NCBI GenBank assembly: GCA_964016885.1
Contig: OZ024743.1
Location: 304,048,001-304,112,000 of the forward strand
Origin: Eledone cirrhosa
Lineage: Eukaryota
Direction: 5' to 3'
Length of the DNA: 64,000 bases
Shown: piece after piece, positions 27,701 through 41,830 of the stretch
Layout: every line of letters begins with the position of its first letter
Numbering within the stretch: the stretch's first letter is position 1
Made by a program: the position numbers and the translations under genes
Notes under the pieces: model-generated
What the model saw: the letters and a program-made list of their open reading frames with translations, nothing else
Told to the model about the DNA's origin: nothing
Databases searched by the model: none

Positions 27701-27914
27701 GGAAGCTTAGTAAAATCGAAGCTTTGGCTGTGGCCAAGTAAAGTCGACCTACAATTAGGATTGAGTAGCAAAGCACTCAATAAGTGTAGGTCCTTAGATT
27801 AATAACATTACGTTTAAATAGCTTGACAAATTGAAAATTGCGGCAGCCAAAACCCAACACACAATACCAAAACAACAAAATAACTAATCAGGTTAAAACA
27901 TCAGACCTCATATT

Positions 27915-30900
27915 ACCTTGATCATCTTGACCGACCAGTCTGTCGAGCGTCCATTCGGCGCCGTTGGTTACAGCACGCCGTCCAATTCTCACTGGATCGT
28001 GTAGTCCAAATCGTATTTCTAAAATCGTAACTCCACCTTCGTGGAGGTCTTCCGAGTCTCGTTTCCGCTCGCGGGGGTACCACTCAGCAACTGCGCGGTT
28101 CCTCCGATTATCGGTGAAGCGGGCGACGTGTCCAGCCCTTCTGAACTTGCTGCGCATATATTCCGTTATGACGTCCCTCACGCCGGACTTCTGTCTAATG
28201 ACTTCGCTCCTGGTGTGATCTCTCAACGAGATTCCTAGCATTGCTCTCTCCATGGTTCTTTGAGCCGTTACCAGCCTCTGCTCTTCTCTCTTCGTTGTAG
28301 CACAATTTTCACTGCCATATAACATTGTAGGTAAAACTGTGCTATTGAAGAGGTTGGCGCGGGTGGTCTTGTCCAACCTCCCCTTGAGAAAATCCCTTAT
28401 GCTGTTGAACGCCTTCCATCCGGCCAATTACTCTCCGCGAGATCTCCCACTCAATGTCACGGCGCATGTTCACTTCTTGTCCTAGGTAGACGTATTCCTC
28501 CACCTTCTCTATCTCATCACCGCCAACCACCATTCGACCTGTTGGTACGTTGTCGGACCGCATGAACTTCGTTTTCATGCGGTTCATCTTGAGGCCTACT
28601 GCAGAGTTTTTGATGTCGAGCTCCGTCAACATGGTCTTAATCTGATCCGTGGTTTCAGCGATGCCTAAGATGTCATCAGCGAAACGGAGGTGGGTAAGTA
28701 TCTCACCCTTGATTTTGACACCGCCTTGCTATTCAATGCCTCTGATGATCTGCTGGAGACACGCGGTGAAAAGTTTTGGAGGGATCGTATTCCCTTGCTT
28801 CACTCCCTTCTCGACCGGCACTCGTACGGGTGATGACAGCAGAGCAATGTCGGTGGTGCATCCGGAACTCGCCTCCTTGAGCTGTGGAACGTATTGCGCC
28901 TCGACTCCTTGCCTCTGCAGCGAGTTCAGCACTGCGTTGGTTTCGACACTGTCGAAGGCCTTCTCGTAGTCTAGAAACGCAACGCAAAGAGGCATCTTGT
29001 ACTCTTTCGCTCGCTCAAGCAGTTGTGTCAGAGTAAATATGTGGTCCATCGTGCTGTAGTTCTTCCGGAAGCCGGCTTGCTCTCTCGGTTGCTGTTCGTC
29101 CAGATGACGTGATAACCTGTTCAGGATTATCTTCGTGAACAGCTTGTACACGTGAGACAACAGGCATATGAGTCGGTAGTTCTTCAGATCTTCTCTATCG
29201 CCCTTCTTGTATAGCAGGATGGTATTCGACTCTTTCCACTGCGAGGGTATTTCTCCCTCGTCTAGATAGTGTGTTAATCGCTCGACGAGGATTTTCCAGA
29301 GCTGCTCTCCGCCTGATTTCAACACCTCCGATGTTATGCCGCCTTTCTCTGGCGCCTTTCCGCTTTTCATCAAGCCGATGTCTCTGTTGACCTCACCGAC
29401 AATGATGGATGGCACATTTTCTTCCCGTTGGGGTGACCGCAACGGCTGCATATTCCCGGGGACTTGAAGAGCTTGGTGTAGAAGTCTTCGCAAACCTTTT
29501 CTACCTCAGACTTGTTGCTGACCGGTACTCCAGCTGTGTTCTTCAGGGTGGTCAACTCCGATCTATACATTGCCATGTCCCTCTCGCATTTCTTGAGGTT
29601 CTTCTTTTCATTTGCGACCTTCAGGAGCTTCTCGATCCGGTATGACTCAAGTCTCTCTACAGCTGTTGACGTATCACTCTGCGCAGTAGGGAATATTCGA
29701 GGTGATCTTCAAGTGTCCACTTCATATTCTTCCTCTTCTCAAGCAACTTCATAGTTTCCTCCGAGACTCTTCCCTTCCGCTCGCTCTGGCACACAACCTT
29801 AGCCTTCCTCAAGCACTCCTTCAGTTTCCTTATCAGTGAGTCGTAGTCAGCGTCTATGCCATCTCCTTGGCGCCAGTTTTCCTGTATGATGGCTTCCTGC
29901 AGCTGCGCCTCGTTGAAGACCCGGACGCCCAATGCGCCCACTTCTCCCTCGTCCGGTCGATGACGACCATCGCCATCACCAGACGATGACCACTGCCAGT
30001 GTTGAATGGTGTTATGACGGAGACGTCTTGCAGTATGCGTAGCTTGTCGACCAAAATGTAGTCAATCTCGTTTCGGTGCTCAGAATTAGGCGATACCCAG
30101 GTCCATCTCTTCTCCTTCTTCTTCCTGAATAGGCTGTTTTCGATGTAGAGTCGTCTCGCCCCCGCCATGGTGACCATACGCTCTCCTCTCTCATTTCGTT
30201 CTCCTAGGCCGAATCTTCCGACATACTCTTCCCCTTGCCGACCTTTGCGTTGTAGTCTCCCATTACGACGGTGTAAGTGGACTTAACAGCTAGCACTTTG
30301 TCTAGCTGGCAATAGAATTCTTCCACTTCATCGTCGGCTGGCACTTGTGTGAGCGTAGGTCTGGACGATATTGAGGGTGGCATTCTCTGAGAGGTTCACG
30401 TTCAGTACACCAATACGTAAGGATATGAACTGGCAAGAAACGACCTTCGAATCCCAATCCTTGCTTATGATGAACCCTGTACCTCCGACTGATCTGGCAC
30501 CCTCTGCTGTCCCGAGTCTCACGGGCATCCATCTTGCCATCGCGAACTCGTCTCATTCTTATGGCGTATCTCGCACAGCCCTAAAACGTTGTACCTGATC
30601 TTCTTCTCCTCCATTAGGTGGTTCAGTCTTTGCCCCCCTCCATCCTGCCAAAGACCTGCAGTTGTAGGTGCATATGGCAAGATTAATTATGTTCCTTGGC
30701 GGCCTCGGGAACTTGTGATTCTTAGCAGACTCTCGTCGCTCGGGTTGGACACCGCCGTCCTGGAGTGGCCCGATTGACGCGCAGGGTATTGAAGCCCTTT
30801 TCTTCGTGCTGTTTTAACCATAAGATGACGCCATCCCACTGGCTGGACGGGAAGGCCGGTATCTCTTCAGTTTAGCTAGATTTTGAACTCTAGAAGACGA

Positions 30901-31043
30901 TGAATCATCTCTAGGACCAATAGTCTGATACCTGTGTAGCATGGTAAAACCTGCCAGGACATTGAGTCCCGCTACCATACCTATCAGACAGCCAGCGTCA
31001 CCGCTGCGCCACCTTTGAAGCACTGAAGTAGGATTTTGCAGAC
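27915..31043 (-). mobile_element. Near full-length decayed RTE-clade LINE (APE + RT)
   Basis: APE motifs: GDYNAKVG, WTWVSPNSEHRNEIDYIL, GSGHRLV. RT motifs: NYRLICLL, EQAGFR, DYEKAFDSV, KGVKQG, HLRFADDI, EEYVYLG. Multiple frameshifts. Confidence 0.92.
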
Positions 31044-31051
31044 ATTATATA

Positions 31052-31093
<42 letters not shown>

Positions 31094-31779
31094 CATATAA
31101 TCAAGGTTTAGCAAATAAGAAAAAAGTTTTAAAATAAATTTTAAAAAGTTTACTGTACCTGCTATAACTACTCTTACCGTACGGTTTTAAGTCTCAAAAT
31201 AAATGGATAATCCATGCGGAAAGTCCATTGAAAAGGAAGACTCTCTAGGCTAAATAGAAAGCAGACGAAAAGGGATTCTGGGGAAAATAGAGAGGGAACG
31301 TTATAGAATAGGTTAATACATTGAGATTAGAAGATAAGAAATTAAATAAAAATATATATAAAAATAATAAAATTGGATAGTAAAAAGTAATAAAAAAATC
31401 TCTAGAGTCTAAAGCAGCTGCTATATTTAGTTGGTATTACGTTTTCGGCCAAAGCTATATATAATTTACTGGGGTGGGATCCTGAGGCTACAAATTTCTT
31501 AGAATTCCTTTCAACGCTTGACCGGCTCCACCCACTCCCTCGTTGTTCTACAGGCAAGTTAAGCCACCACCACCTCCCACCCACTGCCATGAAAGATTTA
31601 ATTGTGTTTACAAGAAATGTTGACCAATCCTTTTGACAATTACAATCTTCCCATATAAGGAATTACCCCTTGAAATGTTCGGCTATTTATTTGCCACGCT
31701 AAAAATTCTAATTTAGTCCAGAAATAGCCGTCGAAACGGCTTGAGCTCTGCCGTCGGGTTTAAACATTTTCCCATATAT

Positions 31780-32860
31780 AGAGGGAGGAGCCAGAACCAA
31801 ATGGGAAAAAAATGGTAAATAATGATACAAATGTGACCTGCCCCTTGTATAGGAGCAAATTTTGGAATAAAATAGAAAGAACTAGGAATAAGGTTAATAG
31901 AATAAACTCATGGTATCATAGCAATAAATACCAGATTGTAATGTTCATCAATACAACCCATAGAGGTGAATTAGCTTACACATTTAGAAGGGCCCTAGAT
32001 AAACTTAAACTTAATATTAAGATAGTAGAAAGACCAGGTACCTCCATAAAAACACATATTAGCAATACATACCATTTTCAAAGACATCCCTGTATAGATA
32101 AGAAATGTATAATCTGTAAACTAAGCCCCCATATTAACTGTAAAACTAGAAATGTAGTATATAGCATGAGATGTACTGAAGGACAATGTAAAGATAAGAA
32201 TATAGTGTACATAGGTGAGACAGCTCGTAGTATAGGAGAACGATTCAATGAACATTGTGGAGAGCTTCAAGATAAAAAAGAATCATCAATACTCCACCAA
32301 CATGCTAAAATAGAACCTAAGGGCAAATTAGATAACATAGAAATAAAAATAGAATCTACACACAGAAAAGAAGCAATGTTTAAATAAATCATAGAGGCAA
32401 TAAACATAAATGAACTCCAAGGAAAATTAAATAGAAAGCATGAATGGAATAGTAACATCACAACTTGCAATTAAGGGCAAAATGAAAACACAAACACATA
32501 CATAGAACAAACAACCAACCAGTAACATGTAAATAAACAAATAAATAAACAAATAAAAACACACACAGACACCCGGATGTAAGACATGCGCAAACTACGC
32601 ACACAACACACACAAAAAAAAGATGGCGTAAGACAGAACAAAGGAGAGGCACGAAACAAAGAAAATAATCCCCAGTCACTGAAGATGTCACTGAATGTGT
32701 GACGAAAGAACTTTGACAATATATGAACAACCATCCGGTTGTGGAACCAACCAACCAACAGGAAATTTATAAATTCTTAAATGTATAAATTTAATTTATA
32801 ATAAATTGGAGTGTCCAATGTGTGCGTGTGTTTCTTATTGGCAACATGACCCTCCCAAAG
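31780..32860 (+). mobile_element. 5'-truncated Penelope-like element (GIY-YIG endonuclease + pseudo-LTR)
   Basis: ORF 31812-32387: C..C..C..CKTRNVVYSMRC...IVYIGETARSIGERFNEH. A hammerhead lies downstream. Confidence 0.88.
32675..32717 (+). ncRNA. Minimal type I hammerhead ribozyme
   Basis: GTCA-CTGAAGA-T-GTCAC-TGAATGT-GTGAC-GAAAG-AA-CTT-TGAC. Confidence 0.8.
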
Positions 32861-32925
32861 TATAACAATATCGGTTTCAACACATGTTTTCAGACAAAGA
32901 ATCTTGCTTAACAAACTCAGAAACG

Positions 32926-32960
<35 letters not shown>

Positions 32961-33674
32961 AGAAAAAAAGAGTATCAGTGTTGCGACTAATGGAATTTAT
33001 TGGACATATTCTCTGAGGCTTGATCGATGTGAAGATCGAACCTGGCTCTGAAAATCGTCTTGATTCTACGAAGCAGATTTTCTGTGATATCATACTCTGC
33101 ATTGAGTGCTCAAACATCCTACCACATACGACGCTTTAAGCATCCAACACCAATGATATATATATATAAATTTTAGTACAGCATAGACAAAGCTCTAGTA
33201 TACGGCCAAGCTAGCGTGTATGCTTATTCGGTTTGTAGTTTTAGCACTCAGATGAGGTAAAACCCCAGAGTATAACATTATGTTCAGACAGCTTAGCAAA
33301 TTAGATATAGCAGTCGGCAGTCCGACCGCATCGCTAGAGCAACGAAAATACAGGACCCAGGTAAAGATTTTTTACTGACCTGGACATAACGCTGAGGCTG
33401 GGTGTAAAGTATATAATCCACATCGTGTTTCCACAATATTGATCGCAAAATCGCACGCAACGACAGCGCTAAGTTTCTGCAAATCCATGATCGACGAATT
33501 CCTATTGCAGGAGTCTGCAATATAATGGTTTTTGACGACAGAACATAGGATTTACTTCTTCAGCAAGTCTTTCATTCTTAGCCAAAGCGGGTATGCTGTG
33601 ACTTTAAAGGTCGCCACAGACACATGGTTTTGTCCGAAGGGAGGTAACCCCCGCTTAGGCGGTGTATTCTAATT

Positions 33675-33762
<88 letters not shown>

Positions 33763-35717
33763 CTATATTGAATTTATTTTCTGAACATAGATAGATTCAA
33801 AATTACGTTGCCATAGATAAGTGGTGCTTTATCACAAATTTTTTGTTAACGCTGTGCGAGAAGCAGAGACACAGAGAAAGATATCAAATTAGAATTCTCA
33901 ATATTAATACAAAGTAATTGTTATAGACACTTGTGTTTTCTCATAAATATATATCGTTCATAGAATAGTTGAACCCAATATTAATTATTGAAACATTATT
34001 CGTTAAATCGAGACAAAGAAAAACATTGTTCTAAAACAAAGAATAAACATATAGTAGTTAATTAGTTACATACTATTTGAAGTTAGGTACGTGATGATTT
34101 ATCATGTGTGCATTAATGTATGCAAATATTTATGCAACTATGAAAATATGCTTGTTTAAATAGCGTTTCAAATTTACTATTAACAGTTCTGAAACTTAAA
34201 GACAATGACTTTGATACATTACCCGCTTAAATATCCCTATTAACTAGCAAAGAAAAATCAATACGGAACGAGACCACACGCGATGATCTACAACGACAGT
34301 AAATCCTTGATATCTAGCCCTAAAAAAAGAACAATATAATTTTGGGAGATTTCCCTGGTGTGTTACGTGTTGTATTAATTTGAATGTTTCCATTAATTTG
34401 CCTTCCCTGATATCAAACGCCGAAAATATCATCTTTGAATTTTATTCCTCTAATGAGATAGTGGTAAAAAGAAATCTCAGGCGAGCTGGAGAACAGGTCT
34501 TCAGAGAAGAAACCCCCCACCTACCGATTTACTCCATTGTAAATATTCATGTTTCTTCTTATAATTATTAGGATAATGTATGACAAACATTAAAATATTT
34601 TACTACGTATATTTTTGGACTTAGGTGAAATAATTTTGCCATTCAATTTTCTGGCTTACTATGATAATTATCTCTCCAAAACCTTCGATCGTTTGATCGA
34701 CTTTTCCCTGTTCTCAAATTTTATATTCTTTTTTTTTTTTTTTTTTCGGTAAATAATAAAAATTATCATTATTGCTAACGTAGCTGATGAGAAAATCGTA
34801 AAGAAAAGATGTTGGAGTAAACGCTTCGAAGCTTTCTTGAAACTATATCCAATACAGAATTGAGGTCGTATGCAAACGCAATGGGTAGGAGATGCTCAGG
34901 AAACAAATGGAAACACGAAATTGCCTGACATTTCAATATCTCATGTTAGATTCAGTCGGACTCAGAAATGTAAATATTCGAACCAAATGTCATTAAACAC
35001 TTTTCCGATGCTCTACCGATTCAACCAACCCAAAACCTTCGGTGCCAATATAAGAATAATTGATATTAATATCAATGTTACTCGATACAGCGGTATCGGT
35101 AATTGTGAAAGTAGAAACAGAAGACGATGTAGAAACTCCTGTCGATAGTATATTGTATTTGTTGCCAATAGTTCGATGATTTATCTAGCGTTACTCTTAC
35201 TACTACGTGTTTGTAAACGAGGCCATTGAAACTTTCTAGTTGATTCTCCATAAGATTACAGAAATGTCATTAAATGATAAATCATAACACAATAAATAAT
35301 AGAAGAATTGCATAACTGGAGAGGGTTTTATTAGGCTTTAGCACTAATCAAATCTTATCAAATGAATATATGTTCCAAAGCTCTGATTTTCATGAAGTAT
35401 AACATATCGACAAATGTGAGCCAATTATATACTGACCAAATTCCTGTATTTCAACACTATGTAAGGAAGTAATATTTGGATGGTAAAAATATATTCATTT
35501 TTTAATATAAATATGAAAAAAAAGGTAGGTTCTCAGAGGTGTGATTATTCAATAGAATAGTTACCGAATAGGGAATAAATATTTGAACATTGTTCCGGTC
35601 ACGTATTTGCTAAAACGAAATCAACAACAACAAAAAGCAAACATATTGTGAGGCTTCATATGTAAATTAATGAATTTGCTAATATTTTAGTACAGACATT
35701 ATAATATATATATACAT

Positions 35718-36455
35718 GACTAGTTGAGGTACCCGGCTTTTACCGAGAGAACAGTTAGGAGAAGACGGACAAAAGAGAAAAACGACTATATTAGATGTGT
35801 TGTCTGGTATGAGGTGAGACCGTAATGTGTGTGGGTGAGAGTGTCTGAGAGAGACATGAAAAATAAAACTTCCTTATTAGACTGGGGGTGTAAACTGCCT
35901 ATTAAATGGAAGCATTGACCTTGGATTTTAAATGTTGTCAAATAACCATGTTATCAAAGGACGTTATCTGAAACGCAGCAATATACGGCATAATATTCCT
36001 TCTGAAGTATTGTTACGTTAGTACGGACTATAAGTAGTATATGGTTAAAACGTGGCGGGTATATTAATTTCAAATAGTATAATTTTTTCTTTGTTTGTAA
36101 AATCAAAGAATGTAAAACGACTTTATAAAAGCTAATGCAATATTGTTAAACCTTCAACTCATACTTGTGTGGGACGTCACTCTCTGTCTCTCTTTCTCTC
36201 TCTGAATATCTAACACTTTAATTGTATCTCTCTCTCTGTATAACGTCCTATCTCTCTCTTTCTGCCTCTCCCTCTCTCTCTCTCTCTTTCTGCCTCTCCC
36301 TCTCTCTCTCTCTCTTTCTCTCTCTCTCACTCTTGCTCTCTCTCTCTCTCCCTGTTTAGATGTGTATGCATGTATTTGTGTGTGTGAGTGTGTGTATAGT
36401 TTTCGTGTGATTCAACCAACCAACCAATAAACATCTTTCTTTTATATTATAAATA
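35718..36455. mobile_element. Possible non-autonomous Helitron-like element
   Basis: One end is ACTAG...TACCCGGC. The other end has (ACCA)n followed by CTTTTATATTATA, with internal (CT)n/(GT)n. This resembles Lep1/DINE-type termini. No coding evidence. Confidence 0.4.
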
Positions 36456-36889
36456 AATTTCTCCTTCTTATCCATTCATAAAGAAAGATTGAGAAAAGTT
36501 AATGTTTATTAGAACAATGTCAATTACAAACATAAGATGCAACCATTTTAAAAACATTCTAGAAGTACTCGATGGCATGGTCAATGAATTAGTAACTATT
36601 TTCAAACTGATAACTTCAGTTTTATCTATAGTAGATCGATATTCCTTTTCTTTTGGTGTATCCCCAACGACATCAATACATCACATCCCAAATTTAGATA
36701 TTTTTCGATAAGCATTTATGAATGACGTCTTAAAATAAATGTACCTAATGATTTCTTTCCTATTTCTATATTGCACATAAATATAATTAATTTTGTCGAA
36801 AAAAAAAATTTGATTTTTGCACTATCAATTTGCTACGAATATGTATACATGTGGGTGTGGGGGAGTGAGTGGGTGCGTCTGATATTAAT

Positions 36890-37057
36890 AATTGTTTCCA
36901 CTTTTTGGCACAAGGCCGACAAATATCACAGTGCATTACTGGTACTTTATTTTATCGAACCCGTAAGGATGAAAAGCAAAATTAAACTCGGCGGGATTTG
37001 AACTCAGGCCGTAAAGAGCCCTAACTCTACGCTGCAAAGCATGGCGTCCGACCCTCT
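36890..37057 (-). mobile_element. 5'-truncated tRNA-derived SINE copy
   Basis: Reverse complement of the SINE body including the B box. Confidence 0.8.
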
Positions 37058-37094
37058 AAAATACATGTATGTATATATGTTTATGTGCATATAT

Positions 37095-37157
<63 letters not shown>

Positions 37158-37244
37158 TAATAATAAATTTGAAGACTAAAATCCAAAGAGGGCTCGATAA
37201 GGATAAATAAATATCAAATATATAAGAACCGTAGAGTAAATATT

Positions 37245-37778
37245 TATTAAAATAACAGATTAAAGTTTAAGCAAAGGATCGCTGCTTTCACCCTTAACGG
37301 GATCTTCTGAAACTAAAAAAGTCAATCTGTGAACGCAGAAGTGAATATTTCAAAAAAAGTTGCTGCCGGAGGAAGACAGGAAGTCGATACTTTGGTTCGT
37401 GGAAACGTTCCCTGGCAAAGAACGAAAAAAAAACGAAGATAATACGTCATTATTTGGAGAGCTGAAAACAATTACACGCAAAGACAAGACCACGTTTATG
37501 GTATAAATGAAGTCGTAGACTAATAAACGTGGTCTTGTCTTTGCGTGTAATTGTTTTCACCGCTCCAAATAATGACGTATTATCTTCGTTTTTTTCCGGT
37601 TCTTTTCCAGGGAACGATTCCACGAACCAAAGTATCATCTTCCTCTCTTCCTCCGGTTGCAATGTTTTTTGAAATATATACTTCTGCGTTCACAGATTGA
37701 CTTTTTTAGTTTCAGAAGATCCCGTTAAGGGTGAAAGCAGCGATTCTTTGCTTAAACTTTAATCTGTTATTTTAATAT
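37245..37778. repeat. ~255-bp-arm imperfect palindrome (inverted pseudo-LTRs) with variant hammerhead (CAGAAGA) in each arm
   Basis: 37248-37499 mirrors 37523-37775. The motif is GTTT-CAGAAGA-TCCC-GTTAA-GGGT-GAAA-GCA...TGC-TT-AAAC at 37709-37757. Confidence 0.8.
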
Positions 37779-37792
37779 ATATATATATATAC

Positions 37793-37879
<87 letters not shown>

Positions 37880-37924
37880 TACAGACAGACAGACAGACAT
37901 AGTGGGATAGACTTTGGGAAGATC

Positions 37925-38150
37925 ATACTGCCAATGAAAACACACGCATGTTGTGTTTTACTTCAACTTATTATTGTAATTTCCCAGTCGGTTAGTTTAA
38001 CAACCAAATGGCTGTTTAGTTGTTGATTGTCACCAAAGCTCTTTCGTCAGACATTCTGTGATCTCTGTGAGTCCTTTTGTTGTTATTTTGTGTCTCTCCT
38101 TGGTTCTGTCTTATACCATCTTGGTTTTGTGACCGTTGTACTTGGACTAT
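37925..38150 (-). mobile_element. Decayed pseudo-LTR of the 4620/31780 Penelope-like family
   Basis: The reverse complement resembles 5040-5225 and 32615-32845. Confidence 0.6.
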
Positions 38151-38356
38151 ACATATAACGCATGCGCAGCCCAAGTAAACACCTCACAAACTTGAAGAAA
38201 AATGAAGACGACGTATAACAATATCCTTTTCAACACTTGTCAGGTAAAAAATCTTGCAAACCAAATACAAAGACGCTACACATACACACACGCTCACGCA
38301 CACACGCACACACACATACGCGCACACACCCACCCACACACGCACACGCACACACA

Positions 38357-38426
<70 letters not shown>

Positions 38427-39064
38427 CAGACTAAATTGGAGAAAGGTTGTTCAATGCAGATATATATATATATATGCGACAGATCACACAGCATGTAAAT
38501 TGTTATACTATAATGCACTATACTTGCGATTATAAACCACAAAACAATAGGAACGCTGGAAAATGATAATATTAAAATGAAATCCATTATAACGACCTCA
38601 TTCATTTTAAATGTCACTTTATGATTACATGGCAAAACACTCACAGCAACACTAAATGTATGTTTAATATACGAAACCTAAATGTATATGAGTTCATATA
38701 CACCTCTATCCTGATTCAAGTTGTGTAATGCCATCCGATCGAATTGTCACTATGCAAATTAAAGCCTTAAGTATATATCATTAACAGTATATATAAGATA
38801 ATATTGCACTTTATGCTATGAAATATGGTTCAAAATAGTGTTGGAAAAAACAACTTTTAGCCGGATATTATGTGCCACTAACATGATGACAGCGTTTAAA
38901 ATATCCACAACCTCACTAAATCAATATTTATTTTCCGTAAATATAGTGTATCTGGGATCATATAAGAGTTAATCTGAATCACGCAGTATTATTAGTATTG
39001 CTAATTCCCACACTCATATACGTACATAAATACGCATTCACTCAGACACATACACGCGCGCGCG

Positions 39065-39102
<38 letters not shown>

Positions 39103-39595
39103 AGTGGTGTGTGTGTGTGTGTGTGTGTATGTGTGTGTGTGTGTGTAGCAATATCTGTGCGTGTGAAAAAGGAATAACAAAAATAGATGTCAATTGAGAA
39201 AAGAGCGGCAATAATATATTATTTATTTATGTCCATGCGCGAAACCATCGCTACAGAAGGTTAATAAAGGTTAATAAAAGGCTGATGCAACGAACCTCAG
39301 ATTTAAACATATATTAGCACTGTTACAGATGTATAGCGCCTGATGATGTGTCGCAACGTTTATTCCTCTTGAATTCTGGTGATATGGTTAACATTGAAAA
39401 ACACACACACACACATATATACATGGTTGGTTGGTTTTGACTTCTATATTGTTTGTATCGCCATAGTTAATTTATTTGGCAATCAATGATTATCATTGCA
39501 TAAGGCGGAACAATTTTTCTCGGTATATATATATATACCGAGAAAAATTGTTCCGCCTTATGCGCAAAAAGGTGAAACGATTGTTCTCGGTATGG

Positions 39596-39626
<31 letters not shown>

Positions 39627-39630
<4 letters not shown>

Positions 39631-40710
39631 TGAGTGTATATTGATTAATATTCAGAGCCATCCTCAGCATTCTCGTGTAGCACCCTTCCACCATCTGAGT
39701 CAGTTTGTTGGTCAGTGTCCGTACGTTAGCACAGACTCCATTACAGCAATGAAGAGGCGGATTTTCAGGTCTTAATGAAGGTCCGACTTCCTCACCGAAC
39801 TCAAGCTGTGGCACGCCGCCCAGGCTTTGCTCTTCCTCTCAAACACATCATCTTCCGTATTCCCAACCTTTGCTCCCAAATACAGGAAGTCCTCATCCAA
39901 TTCTAGCGGCTTCTCGCCTACATTAGTGATCCTCCCTGGCTTCTCAACATTCTCTGGAGTGATCCAGCCAAAAGCTCAAAGATCTCTGTCATCCCATCAG
40001 GTGTAATGACATGGTATTTGCTGTTGGTGTAGAGCAGTGATATCAGATCCCCTAACTTCTTGGCGATTCCAAAAGCCTGTTATATCTTCATCAGGCAGTG
40101 ACGGTCCACAGAATCAAAGGCCTTCCTAAAGTCAATGAAAACCATGACCGCAGGAAGACACTTTGTTCTAGTTCCCTCTAATATCCTCCTCAGCATCAGG
40201 ATGTGACTGGTGGTTGATCTTCCCTCCTTGAAGCCGTTCAGGTTGACCTGAGCTTCTTATCCATCTCAGATTGGATCCTATTAAGAATCATCCTGTTAAA
40301 GGTATTTGCCACAAGTGACGTCAGTGAGTTCCCCCTGTAGTAGTTGGTGTTAGAGAGATCTCCCTCTTTGGCACTGGGACGATGTTACTGATCCTCCACT
40401 GATTCGGGGCAACTCCTTTCTCCAGTGCCTGTATGGGAGCATCCCAAATGTCAGCTCAAAAGTGATACAGAGGAGACTGAGGTTAGCTGGACATGCTCAC
40501 CGACATCCAGAGTTGACATTGCACTCAGTGCTCCTGTGGGAGCCCCTATATGGACACACCGGAAGAAGAAAACCAAGGTTGACGTATGTTGATGTCCTAA
40601 GGACAGACACGGGTCTGTTGGAGACGCAGGACATGGCAGCGATAATGAGGGACAGAGACCGCTGGAGAGAACTCGTCCATGGATCTCGGGAATTTTACCC
40701 GCTCCCGAAT
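39627..40710. mobile_element. 5'-inverted, truncated RTE-clade LINE fragment
   Basis: Minus strand 39627-40430: NYYRG..LTSLVANTFNRMILNRI, FIDFRKAFDSV, EDFLYLG, CYTRMLRMALNI. Plus strand 40430-40710: LYGSIPNVS..RRLRLAGHAHRH..LLWEP..MRDRDRWRELV. Confidence 0.85.
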
Positions 40711-41350
40711 ATATATATATATATATATAAACAGCTGCGGTAAACGGTAAATATTTACCTTTACTGATTAAAACAAAGATTTAAAAATCAATGCATTGCT
40801 CTGTAGAAAATAAAACAGGATCTTCTTGACCCTAGTCTCTCTTGTTATTGTAAATATCCTTTGTAACCTAGGGGATATACATTAGAAATTTACGCGAATT
40901 ATGCACCATTAAATGTGGCAGCTTTGCGTAAATGTAAAGAAGCTTTCAATTATTATTTTAGTTTTCCCCACGATTTGTAAATGACTAAACGTATATATAT
41001 ATATATGTTACATTGCCGCTGAATGCGAAACACTTTCCCAAAACGTTACCACCGAAATTAACAAGAACTTACAAGTACGAGAATTAATAACTACTTACTC
41101 TATAACATGGAACTATTAAAAAGCCATAAACCAATGAAGACATTTCTCCTATTTAATATATACATATTACACTTACCTATTATTTCTTCAAACTTACATT
41201 TTAAACTTAGCTCCGTTTAATTGATTATTTATGTTGTTTTTTTTTATTTTTCCCAACTAAGAAGAAAAGCTAGTTAAGTGTCATCTATCTGTTCTTCAAA
41301 CTTATAATTATATTAAAGATACAGTATATTATCAAATATACTATACATAA

Positions 41351-41407
<57 letters not shown>

Positions 41408-41411
<4 letters not shown>

Positions 41412-41830
41412 CAAAACATAAGTCAATTGCATGAACTCATAATCCTTTATTTACTGCTATATATGTTTCGATGATAGCCATTGAGTGGCGATGACCTCAT
41501 CAGGCAGGTAGTCAGTTCTTAGATATGCCAGCTCTGTGTTTATGGTGTTGATGGTTTTAGAGCCTTGGGACATATGAGCTTGTTGGGGATAATTTCATGT
41601 AGTCAGCAGGAATAATCTTAATTCTCATTGGTCAGTTTGTAGATGCTTGTAGGGTTGGTATTTCACCTCACAAAGGCAAGTGGTGTTGCAAAGTTCAAAC
41701 AGTCAGGCAAGATGACAATAGTTCCATATGACTGATTTTTACAAAAAGCATTCCTGGTCAGATATATATTCAATTGAGGTTTATAGTATGCAATTCGATA
41801 CTACAGGTCATTCTTAAATTGAGGAATTTA
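41408..41830 (-). mobile_element. Penelope-like 3' remnant with pseudo-LTR
   Basis: IAYYKPQLN (GIY-YIG C-terminal-like) upstream of a hammerhead. Ends in (TA)n. Confidence 0.6.
41454..41507 (-). ncRNA. Type I hammerhead ribozyme
   Basis: Minus strand reads CTGC-CTGATGA-GGTCATCGCCA-CTCAA-TGGCTATCATC-GAAAC-ATAT-ATA-GCAG. Confidence 0.75.

Noticed and set aside
34250-34545. Minus-strand peptide vaguely like an aspartic protease (GGFFSED, KFKDDIFG)
   Set aside because: Stops in frame, no catalytic motif, and similarity within chance.
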